Part shown: one piece after another, positions 1 through 16,931 of the stretch
Layout: each line of letters opens with the position of its first letter
Numbering within the stretch: position 1 is the first letter of the stretch
Source: the human T2T-CHM13v2.0 reference genome, Homo sapiens
Strand: one strand, 5' to 3'
NCBI RefSeq assembly: GCF_009914755.1
Contig: NC_060946.1
DNA: 64,000 bases
Made by a program: the position numbers and the translations under genes
The notes under the pieces: generated by a model
Told to the model about the DNA's origin: nothing
Database searches by the model: none
The model's input: only the letters and a program-made list of their open reading frames with translations

Positions 1-208
1 AGCAGGATGCTCTTACAGACTTCCTCCTTCTCCTAAAGGTGCTGGCTGAAGAAGGCCATGAAGCCTTCTAATCTAAACTCAGTGGGTACAAACAACTATT
101 ACCTACTTGGGACATGAGCTATCTCAGGGCATTCAGAAGCTCACCCCCAAATGTCTTAAGTCAATTTTGTTTATCTCTCTCCCCAAAACAAAAAAAAAAA
201 CAACTTTA

Positions 209-718
<510 letters not shown>

Positions 719-2023
719 CTAATTTTGCTGCCCTTGCCAAACCTCTGTATGCCCTCCTTGAAGACACCATCCCAGCACCCATTTTCTGGCCCTGAGAGGC
801 ACTAACCTCCTTTGTAGCCTTAAAATTAGCATTTCCCATACCTCTGATGTTGGCTTACTGAATTTTGACTAATCTTTTCACTTCTATTACCATGAAAATA
901 ATGGAATTGCTGGAGGTATTCTATGCAACCTTTTGCCTCTCAGATATATCCTATATTTCTCATGCCAATTGAATCCTGTGGCAGCAGGCCTGCCCTCATG
1001 CCTGCATGTGATGGCTGCAGCTGACTCTGTAACTGACAAAGCCAGCACTCATGTTAGGCTTATCCATTTTCTGTTATGTTCCCCATGCTGTCCATCTTCC
1101 AAGTTCATAAGACATAGTACCTCTCCACATGGCAATAGACCTATGAACAGGTCCTATTAACCAAACCCTCCATTATCTTACATCATTGTGCCACTGTAAA
1201 TCTGGCTACTCGGCTAGGCATGGTGGCTCATACCTGTAATCTCAGCACTTTGGGAGGCTGAGGCGGGTGGATCACTTGAGCCCAGGAGTTCGAGACCAGC
1301 CTGGGCAACATGGCAAAACCCTGTCTCTACACAAAATACAAAAATTAGCTGGGCATGGCGACACATGCCTGTGGTCCCAGCTACTTAGGAGGCAGAGGTG
1401 GGAGGATTGCTTGAGCCCAGAGGCAGAGGTTGCAGTGAGCTGAGATTGCATCATTGTACTCCAGTCTGGGCAACAGAGTGAGACTGTCTCAAAACAAAAA
1501 CAAAAACAAAAACAATCTGGCTACTCTATTAGCCCTCCCTGATGATGGAGAACCCTACTCCATTCCACATGATTGCCTTCCAATGATAGAAATGGTCTCA
1601 AGGTCATGAGACCTGTTGTGCACCCTTTAGACAACACAGACTCACTCCTATTTTGTGATGGCTCCCATAAACGAGGTTTCTGGGGGAACACAATAACTGC
1701 TATGTCATAGTTTCCCCACAGGAAACACTTGAGGTCCTGTTTGCCCACAGTAGAGTAAACCCCAGGCTGGGGAATTTATAGCTCTTATTAGAGCTTGCGC
1801 ATTGGCAGAAGGGAAAACTGCCACTATTTATACCAACTCCAGTTGGAGTCTGCTGACCATTGGTGCAATCTGGAAATCCTGAGAATTCTTTTTTTGGAGA
1901 GATGGGGGTCTCAGTATGTTGCCCAGGCTGGTCTTGAACTTCTGGCCTAGAGCAATCCTCCTGCCTCAGCCTCCCAATGTACTGGGATTACAGGCATGAG
2001 CCACCATTCATGACCAATCCTGA

Positions 2024-2391
<368 letters not shown>

Positions 2392-3560
2392 TGATCTGCC
2401 CACCTCAGCCTCCCAAAATGCTGAGATTACAGGCGTGAGCCACCACACCTGGCCCCGATGCTGTATCTCTAGAGAATGATAGGGCCAACAAGGCAGCGAA
2501 ATACACAGCCAGAAATGGATCCCCCCACCATCCTTTTTCCATGCAATTTATCTGTGTCTTTATCCCTGACTGATATTATTGATTATTGTTAGTATTACCA
2601 GGCAAATGCCCCACAATCTGAAAAAGACAAATGAATTCAAAAGGACAGCAAATAATTACCAGACAGATGATACATTGGACCAAATAGACTTCCCGTGGCT
2701 TCCTTTCTTTTGACCTTTTGGCTTGCACTTATCAAATGGGACATATGGAGATGGAGGATAGCAAAGGAACTAAAATATAATTAGTTCTACCCTGGCATCC
2801 ACAAAACTTCTGGCCACACTGTTTCCCAGTGCACAACTTATAAATCTCATGGAATCTCTGGAGGAAACCAACATTCCTCGGGGAGTCCTCCAAGGCCCAC
2901 ACTGCCCCTTGCAGGACTCCAGATGGATTTTGTTGATTTACTTCTGGCTTTAGGGCATTCCCACTGTTTGGTTACTGTCTGAATGTTTAGTGGATGGATT
3001 GAATGCCACCGGACTGGATGTGCTGATACCACAACACTGGTGAAGAAATTAATAACTCGGCTGGCCAGGGAGGCTCACACCTGTAATCCCAGCACTTTGG
3101 AAGGCAGAGGTGGGCAGATCACGAGGTCAGGATTTTGAAACTAGCCTGGCCAACATAGTGAAACTGTGTCTCTACTAAAAATACAAAAAAATTAGCCGGG
3201 CGTGGTGGTGGGCTCCTGTAATCCCACCTACTTGAGGCTGAGGCAAGGAGAATTGCTTGAACATGGGAGGTGGAGGTTGCAAAGAGCCGAGATCGCACCA
3301 CTGCACTCCAGCCTGGGCAACAGTGAGAGACCATGTTGGAAAAAAAAAACGAAATTAATAACTGAGATTATTTCTCATTTTGGCTTTCTGTTACAGATTA
3401 AGTCAGACCAAGGAACTCATTTTACAGCAGAAATAAACAATTTGATTGCAAAAAAAAAAAACTCCTTTGGGGTATCGTTAAAATTTCACACCCCATACCA
3501 CCCCCAATCCTCAGCTCAAGTGAAATGTAAAAATTTAGACATAAAAAGGACATTAGGCTG

Positions 3561-4390
<830 letters not shown>

Positions 4391-5908
4391 TTAGGAAAAA
4401 TCTGTCAGGAAACTGAATTGAAGGGAGGAAAAACATTACCTCTTGTTGCCTTTTACCCCTTATGAAGTTTAGAATGCTCCAAATGGGAGGCGTGGATTAA
4501 CTTCTTTTGAAATATTGCTTGGTTTCCCTTTGCCTATTGGCATCTCTAAACCTTTCATTCCTGCATTGAGTGATCCCTGGATTATGGGGACTTCTTAAGT
4601 GAACAATGTGATGCTATGACAGCTACATAAAGGAACTAACTAGTAATCTTGGAGCATATAAATCATCAACAGGTAAAAAGGGCATAGCTTCTGCCAACTA
4701 ACAAGCCTTGCCATCCTTTTTGACCAGGAGATTAGGTGTAAATCAAGGCTTTTAGAAGAAAGCATGCACTGTCACCAATGTTTTGGTCAACGATGGACCG
4801 AATATACAATGGTGTCCCCATCAGATTATAATGCCGGTGAGCCACCGCACCTGTCATCCTAGCACTTTGGTAGGCAGAGGCGGGTAGATCATTTGAGCCC
4901 AGGAGTTTGAGACCAGTCTGGGCAACATGGTGAAATCCTGTCTCTACAAAAAATACAAAATAAACCAGTCATGGTGATGCGCACCTGTAGTCCCAGCTAC
5001 TTAGAAGGCTGAGGTGGGAGACTCACCTGAGCCCAGGAAAGTCGAGACTGCGGTGAGCCATGATCGTGCTACTGCACTCCAGCCAGGGCAACAGAGTGAG
5101 ATCCTGTCTCAAAAAAAAAAAAGAAAGAAAAAAAAGATTATAATATCATATTTTTACTGTAGCTTTTCTATGTTTAGATATGTTTACATACAAAAATACT
5201 TATCATTGTGTGGGCTGGGTGGGCAGCCGATTGCGCAGTGAGGGGACTGATAGGCGAGCCAGTCTGGACCCCCATCCACTCACCCACCCCTCTGGGGCTA
5301 CCTGAGGACTCTGACCACCCACCCCCCACCGCCTGGTGCCACCTGATGGAGCAAGATTGTCTAGCTTGGGGCCACCAACGCTGTAGATGAGGCTGCCAGG
5401 AAGGGGTTGGGGGCACACGAGCATCCCTCTCTGCCCTCGCCTCCCCCACTCCTCCACCCTGGCCTGCCGTGACTCCCTCTGGAGCCCGACGCGGACTTCC
5501 AGTAGTAGTCAGACGTTATCATCCTGTCATATTATGGAGCCATGTTCATCATGAATTTTTCCAAGCCCTGAATTATGCCGAACAAACATTTAAAAAAATG
5601 GAAAACTGTTTGAGACATAAACAGTTGTGCGATGTAATTTTAGTTGCTGGTGATGGCAGAATTCCAGCTCACAGATTGGTGCTCTCCTCTGGCTCAGACT
5701 ATTTTGCTGCCATGTTTACTAATGATGTCAGAGAAGCAAGATAAGAAGACATAAAAATGGAAGGTGTAGAACCAAATTCATCGTGGTCCTTGATCCAATA
5801 TGCTTATACAACCTGCCTTGAATTAAAAGAAGATAATACTGATTGCCTGCTATCTACAGCTTGCCTTCTTCAGCTTTCACAGGCTGTAGAAGCATGTTGT
5901 AAGTTTTT

Positions 5909-6210
<302 letters not shown>

Positions 6211-7177
6211 TAATGAAACAGCTTCACCCATCCAGCTGTCTTGGAATTTGTTCTTTTGCTGATGCCTAAGGTTGTACAGATTTGCATAAAGTGGCTCACA
6301 ATTATACTATTGAGCATTTCATGAAAGTAATCAGAAACCAGGAATTTGTATTATTACCAGCCAGCAAAATTGCAAAGTTCTTGACTAGTGATGACATGAA
6401 CATTCCTGATGAGACAGTATTGACTCCACTTCTTACTTGGGTCTGTCATGATTTGGAACAGAGATGGAAAGATCTAAGTAAACTTTTGGCTTATATTAGG
6501 ATACCTCTTCTTGCACCACAGTTCCTGGCAGACATGGAAAATAATGTACTTTTTTGGGATAATATAGAATGTCAGAAACTCATTATGGAAGCAATGAAGT
6601 ACCATGTATTACCAGAGAGATGACCCACGTTACAAAGTCCTCAGGCAAAATCTAGGAAATCAACTGTTGGTACATTATTTGCAGTTGGGAGAATGGATTC
6701 AACAAAAGGAGCAACAAGCATTGAAAAGTATGACCTCTGTACAAATACATGAACTCCAGTAGCAAATATGAATGAGAGGAGGCTACAGTTTGGTGTCGCA
6801 GTGCTAGATGACAAACCGTATGTGGTTGGAGGAAGAGATGGACTGAAGACTTTGAATACTGTAGAGTGCTACAACCCCAAAACAAAAACAGGGAGTGTGG
6901 TGCCACCTATGTCCACACATAGACATGGCCTTGGTGTGGCTGTACTGGAAGGTCCCATGTATGCCGTAAGAGGGCATGAGGGCTGGGGCCATCTGAACAC
7001 AGCGGAAATTTGGGACCCTCAGGCTCGCCAGTGGAATTTTGTTGCCACTGTGTCTACTCCTAGGAGCACAGTTGGTGTGGCAGTGCTAAGTGGAAAACTT
7101 AATGCAGTTGGTGGTCATGATGCAAGTTCTTGTCTCAAATCAGTAGAATGTTTTGATCCTTATACTAGTGAGTGGAC

Positions 7178-7784
7178 TGTTGGTAGAAGAGCTGAGGCAG
7201 GACTGGCTTGTCTGTCATAATGTAAAAGAGTCTTGAAAGATGTCCGGGGTCCACGGCCTAAAACCCCTCATGGCCTTTGGTACACCAAGCTCTGTGCCAT
7301 AGGGTGGAAGGCTGCCCTGCCGCAACACAAATCTAAGCCCAGGGCATAAAACCCCGTGTGGCTTGGATGGAACCCAGGGCTCAGGGCATAAAACTCCTCA
7401 TAGCCTCTGGAATGTGCACAGACTTGTTGGTTCCTTGCTTCTTACTCGTAAACATGTCCTCCATTATCTCAAGTAGCAGAGCATATTCTACATGCATCAA
7501 AGGAAGTGCTAAGCTGTCACAGCTACGCTTAATGCACCACTAGCTTTCTATCCCCACGTTCTCATGCCCTCACCTGTTTACCCTCACATCCTCACCACCT
7601 GCTTCTTTGTTTGATCACCAATAAATAGTGTGGGCTCCCAGAGCTCGGGGCCTTTGCAGCCTTCAATCTAGTGCTGGCCCTCTGGACCCACTTTATGCAC
7701 TTTTAACTTATCTTTTCACATTCCTCTGACCCCGCCAGACTTTGTAGCCCCCACGGCCTGGTGTTAGGCCTGATCACCCCAACA
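7178..7784 (+). mobile_element. Solo HERV-K-type LTR (LTR14B/C-like)
   Basis: TGTTGG...CCAACA inverted termini; 5-bp TSD TGGAC at 7173-7177 and 7785-7789; AATAAA at ~7620. It splits a kelch repeat that rejoins in register. Confidence 0.8.
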
Positions 7785-8480
7785 TGGACACTGTGTGCAC
7801 GGATGTCAAAAAGGAGAGGTGGCATAGGAGTAACGACCCGGAGCGGACTGCTGTATGCTATAGGGGAACATGATGCTCTCACATCCAACTTGACTTCCAG
7901 ACTCTCAGATTGTGTGGAGACATCTGATCCCAAAACAGACATGTGGACTACAGTAGAATCAATGAGCATCAGCAGAGATGCAGTGGAGGTCTGTTTACTT
8001 GTTGATAAGTTTTATGCTGTTGGGAGGTATGATGGACAGGCATACCTGAATACAGTGGAGGCTCATGATCCCAGACAAAGAGTGGACCCGGGTTGCTCCA
8101 CTGTGCCTAGGAAGAGCTGGAGCTTGTGCTGTGACTGTAAAATTATAATTTAGTGCTCTGTTTTCTACATGAAGACACTCTCTTCCTTTATTAATTTAGT
8201 ACAATTATTCTACCATCAATGGATGCATTTTTAGTAAACATGCATTGCCACAATCCTGGGCACAAAGTACCTGATCTCAAAGCAAAGATAGTAAAACAAC
8301 GGAGGAAGGAGTGGATGGACCAGGATTAATTGCTTTCAATTCTTAGTAAATGAAAACCTGCAGCTGGTGGATTGTGAACAAACATTCCTGATGTAACATA
8401 TTAGGACAGATGCACTGCTCTGGAACATAGCCCAGTGCTAGCTGGGGATCTCATTTATTCAGTCAAGCACATCTTACTCA

Positions 8481-9483
8481 TGCGGGTGGCAAGCCACCCA
8501 GGTGCTGAGGCAAGAAACCGAGGGCACGAGCTGTTCCAGTATAATAAAATATATAAAATAAGAATAGTTATACTAGATATAGATCTTAGATATGATTATA
8601 TATATATCATTAATCATTAGTTTGCAGCAATTATTCTTTATTCCAATATTATAATAATTCTTGCTCTACAATCATAACCTAGGAAAAACCAGGCCATACA
8701 GAGATAGGAGCTGAGGGAACATAGTGAGAAGTGACCAGAAGACGAGTGCGAGCTTTCTGTTATGCCCGGACAGGGCCACCAGAGGGCTCCTTTGTCCAGC
8801 AGTAGCGCCAGCATCTGGGAAGATGCCCGTTGCCAAGCAGACCCTGGTCTAGCGGTAGCGTCAGTGTCAAGGAAAAACACCTGCTACTTAGCAGACCGGG
8901 AAAGGGAGTCTCCCTTTCCCCAGGGGATTTTAGAGAAGACTCTACTCCTCCACCTCTTGTGGAGGGCCTGACATCAGTCAGGCCCGCCTGCAGTTATCCG
9001 GAGGCCTAACTGTCTCCCTGTGATGCTGTGCTTCAGTGGTCATGCTCCTAGTCCACCTTCATGTTCCATCCTGTACACCTGGCTCTGCCTTTTGGATAGC
9101 AGTAGCAAATTAGTGAAAGTACTAAAAGTCTCTGATAGCAGAAATAATGGTGTAAGCTCTCTCTCTCTTTCTCCTCTCTCTCTCTCTGCCTCGGCTGCCA
9201 GGGAGGGAAGGACCCCCTGTCCAGTGGACACATGACCCACGTGACCTTACCTATTATTGGAGATGGCTCACACTCCTTACCCTACCCCTTTGTCTTGTAT
9301 CCAATAAATATCAACACAGCCTGGCATTTGGGGCCACTACCGGTTTCTGCATCTTGGTGGTAGTGGTCCCCTGGGCCCAGCTGTCTTTTCTCTTATCTCT
9401 TTGTCTTGTGTCTTTATTTCTACACTCTCTCATCTCCACACATGAGGAGAAAACTCACTGACCCTGTAGGGCTGGACCCTACA
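8481..9483 (+). mobile_element. Solo LTR13 (HERV-K13 / HML-4)
   Basis: Starts TGCGGGTGGCAAGCCACCCAGG and ends GGGCTGGACCCTACA; 6-bp TSD TACTCA at 8475-8480 and 9484-9489. Confidence 0.85.
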
Positions 9484-9917
9484 TACTCATATCCAGATTT
9501 ATTTTCTTACAGTGCAAACACACCAGATGGAACTTCTAAAATGTTGCTTTCTATAAGTTTATCATCTATGAGTTGCAGTAATTTGTTTGTTTGCTTGTTT
9601 GTTTAACCACAATCACTATTTTAATGATATACTAAACATAATACTATTTAGTTTTTTCAGAAACATCGGCATTGTATGTGTGTTGGTTGTGGATTTTGTT
9701 TCTAAAATTGCTTAGTCCAATAAAGAAAGAAAAGCATTAAAGACTTAAAGCAATGATAACCAAATACAACCTTGATAAAATCTTTGAAGTCTATTTAAAT
9801 ATTCATTCCATTACATCTAGACTCACCAAAAACTGTATGTCATGATATTCTTAAGTCGAAGTTGAAACATGATGTTTCACATTAAATTTAAGATATGCAG
9901 CTTGGCGAGGTGGCTCA

Positions 9918-10139
<222 letters not shown>

Positions 10140-10525
10140 CTACACTCTAGCCTGGGTGACAGAGTGAGACTCCATCTCAGGAAAAAATAAAATAAAAACA
10201 AATAAATTTAAGATATGCAAATTTAAATAGAGAAAATAAACGTTATATACCCTATAATGTTATTTCACCTAATTAGTACTTAATTATATGGATTTATTTT
10301 ATATTATAAAAGATGTTTTGATTTTTTCTTTTGATATTGACAACATTGTTTGGATATTCTTATGTTGTCAAGGCTGCACCTGCCTCCCCTGCCTTATTTC
10401 TTATGTTTTGCCACAGTTAACCCATTGTGCTTCTTTGTAATCAAACGGTTTGGGGAGGGGGGAGAAAGGGCTTACTGAATGTCTAAAAAAACAAGTTTAA
10501 ACTGTTTGTTACCCAAAGTTTGGTG

Positions 10526-10999
10526 CACTCTCCCTTTGCTCAGACAAGACATGCTATCCCCATGAGGTAGATAATCTCCATTATGCCAATTTTATGATGA
10601 GAAGACTAAGGCTCTTCATACTCCCCCGCCCTCAGCCAGGCTGTCCCAAGCTGTGGCGCTCCTCACTGAAAACTGCTGTCACCTCTGAGAGGGGCATGTT
10701 GGCTTATGGCACAGACATTAGTGGTGGGGGGGCCACCCTGTGCCCAACCTTTGAGAAAACAGGTGTCTGAGGTACTGTGTCCTTAGGGAGTCTGCAATTA
10801 GGAGGAGGCAGATTGCCCCTCAGCCCACAGACTGACAGAGATGATGGAGTGTGCAGCACACACGATGAGGCTACTGTGTTGAGTGTCTGTCCTAGGTGGG
10901 TCATGCTGATGTGCAGCCACCATTCCACACCTGAGTGTCCCACTGCCCTGCTGGGGGTTGGGGAATGCTCATTACCGGGATGAGCACTTTTGCAAAATG
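10526..10999. repeat. Truncated left arm of an inverted repeat (partner 13158-13636)
   Basis: Reverse-complement match; 10526-10606 is identical to 13556-13636 and the inner part is visibly diverged. Confidence 0.92.
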
Positions 11000-11206
11000 G
11001 GCTGAGGTGGGAGGATCACTTAAGCCCAGGAATTCAAGACCACCCTGGGAAACAAAGTGCGACCCCATCTCTACAAAGTCATACAATTAGCCCAGCATGG
11101 TGGCATGAGCCTGTGATCCAAACTACATGGGAGGCTGAGGCAGAAGGTTTGTTTAGGCCCAGGAGGTCGAGGCTGCAATAATCTGAGTTTCCACCACTGC
11201 ACTCAC

Positions 11207-12164
11207 TCCATGCTGGCTGCCTTTGGATTGTTCCTAATTGGATGGTTTTGCTTTCAACAGACACTCCAATAAAGTACACGAAATAAAGAATAAAGTTAAA
11301 CAGTCAGTCCCAGTGCTGTGTAGGTGGCAGTAAGTCTGGGAGAGCGACCTCGGCTGAACTAACTGTGGTGTGCATCATTGTTAAGCAGGGCCAGCAGGAT
11401 CCTCATGTCACCTGGCAGGAGGAGGGACAGGAAAGGGTCCCTAGAAGTGACCTTGAGTTGCACTTAGTGCTCTTGGCAGAGGGAAGGGCTTGGGCTAGTG
11501 CTGGAGGCATGAAGATGGGGTGTGTTCAGGGCTCTCCAGCAGTCCAGGCATGGGAAGGGGACGCTGAGGGCCAAAGGCGGAGGTGACACTGGGAAGGGAA
11601 CTAGCAAGGTGAGGACTGGCTTTTGGCCATGTGACTGAATTGCCTGTGTGGTGCGTGTGTATGTGTGCGAATGTCAGTGAACTGTGTGTGAGTGAATTGT
11701 GTGTTTATGTGTGGGTGTATATGTGTGTGATGTGAGTGAACTGTGTACATGGGTGTATACGTGAATTTTAGTGAATTGTGTGTAAATGTGAGCAGTGTGA
11801 ATTTGAGTATGTGGGTGGATAAGTGAATTGTGATTTTGTTGGTGTGAATTGTGTGCCTGTGTGTGACGGGGAGTATGTGTGTGTGTGAGTGAACTGTGTG
11901 ATGACTATGAATGTCAGTGAATGCTGTGATTGTGTGTGTGTGTGTACGTGTGTGGGGATTTGGTCTATATGTGTGAATTTGAGTTGTGTGACTTTGTTGG
12001 ATGTGAGTGAATTATGTGACTGGGTGTATATGTGTGTGTACACGAGTTAACTGTGTGTAAATGGTATGATTGTATATGTGTGTGAATGTGATGAATCGTG
12101 ACTAGATGCGGGTGGATGTGTGTATGTGCATGGTGTGTCCATGAGTGTGTAAGTGTGCAGGTGG
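11207..12164. repeat. Direct duplication, copy 1 (partner 27400-28499), including a degenerate TG-rich array
   Basis: Near-identical sequence from TCCATGCTGGCTGCC through GTGTAAGTGTGCAGGTGG in both places. Confidence 0.92.
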
Positions 12165-12406
12165 CACAGTTGCAACAGGAGAGAAGACACAGGAAGCCTT
12201 ACCTGCCATTCATCCCCCCAGCTGTCCTCCCAGCCTGGGGACCCCTGGGCTGGAAAGGTTATGAAAAGTGGTGCTACTGCCAGGAAGGGGTGATGGGGCA
12301 GCTGGGAGGACGGTTTGAGTCTTGCCAAAGGGAGGGAGTCGAAGCTTGCAACCCTGGGGAGGAGGAGGGGCAGACTGGGGACCCTGCTTCTGGAAAACCA
12401 GCGACC

Positions 12407-12544
12407 AACCCCCAAAGGGACACAGGCAACCCCTGCCTCCACTCTACAGTGGGGAAAAGGGGAGAGTGGCGTGGCAGGCTGCCCAGCCAGTCATGGAGGG
12501 AGTAGACTTCAGGAGGAGTACAGAGGTCTGGTCCCATTTTGGGG
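12407..12544. repeat. ~140-bp inverted paralog of 51333-51473
   Basis: CCCCTGCCTCCACTCTACAG...CCCAGCCAGTCATGGAGGGA...CTTCAGGAGGAGTACAGAG...CCCATTTTGGGG matches the reverse complement of 51333-51473. Confidence 0.85.
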
Positions 12545-12702
12545 CTGAGGACAGGAGCCTCAGGTCAGCAGTCTGCAGGAAGGCCCCAGCTGGACCAGCT
12601 GCTCACACCTTCCCACAGGCCTGCAGATGGGTGTGGAGAGCAGAGCCTCCAGGCTGAGTCTCCCAGCCCCAGATCTGAGCAGTCTAAATCATCCCCCTCC
12701 AG

Positions 12703-12823
12703 GTTCCCTACGGTCTTATCCACCAGCCCTGCTGCCCATGGTGGCCCCAGATGCCCAGGAGAGATAATAGAAGGTAAGAAGTCATGTTTGAATGAGGAAG
12801 CTCTCTTCATTTATTTCATATGA
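12703..12823 (+). pseudogene. DDTL: Orphan terminal coding exon of DDTL (upstream exons absent from the window)
   Basis: Acceptor CCCCCTCCAG|G then (R)FPTVLSTSPAAHGGPRCPGEIIEGKKSCLNEEALFIYFI*, recalled as the DDTL C-terminus. Its phase fits DDT-type exons 1-2 (284+121=405 nt, 134 aa). Confidence 0.8.
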
Positions 12824-12967
12824 GGATGAAGAAGAGGATTATGTGATCACAGGAATGTTGCATGCGGGATAATCCAAAGCTGGTTATCTCCAGGCCCTCA
12901 CTCTGCCAAGAGATCTCTCTGGAAGAAGCAGCCAGTTCACAGATGCCCTGGATCCCTCCGTGCCCAA

Positions 12968-16200
<3,233 letters not shown>

Positions 16201-16311
16201 CACACAAGGACACACACACACCTATAGGGGTCTTCCCCAGGCTCGACCCTAATAACCAATACAACGGGAGCTTAAAGTTTTTTTGAATGATTTGCCACCA
16301 TTTCGAAGTCA

Positions 16312-16931
<620 letters not shown>

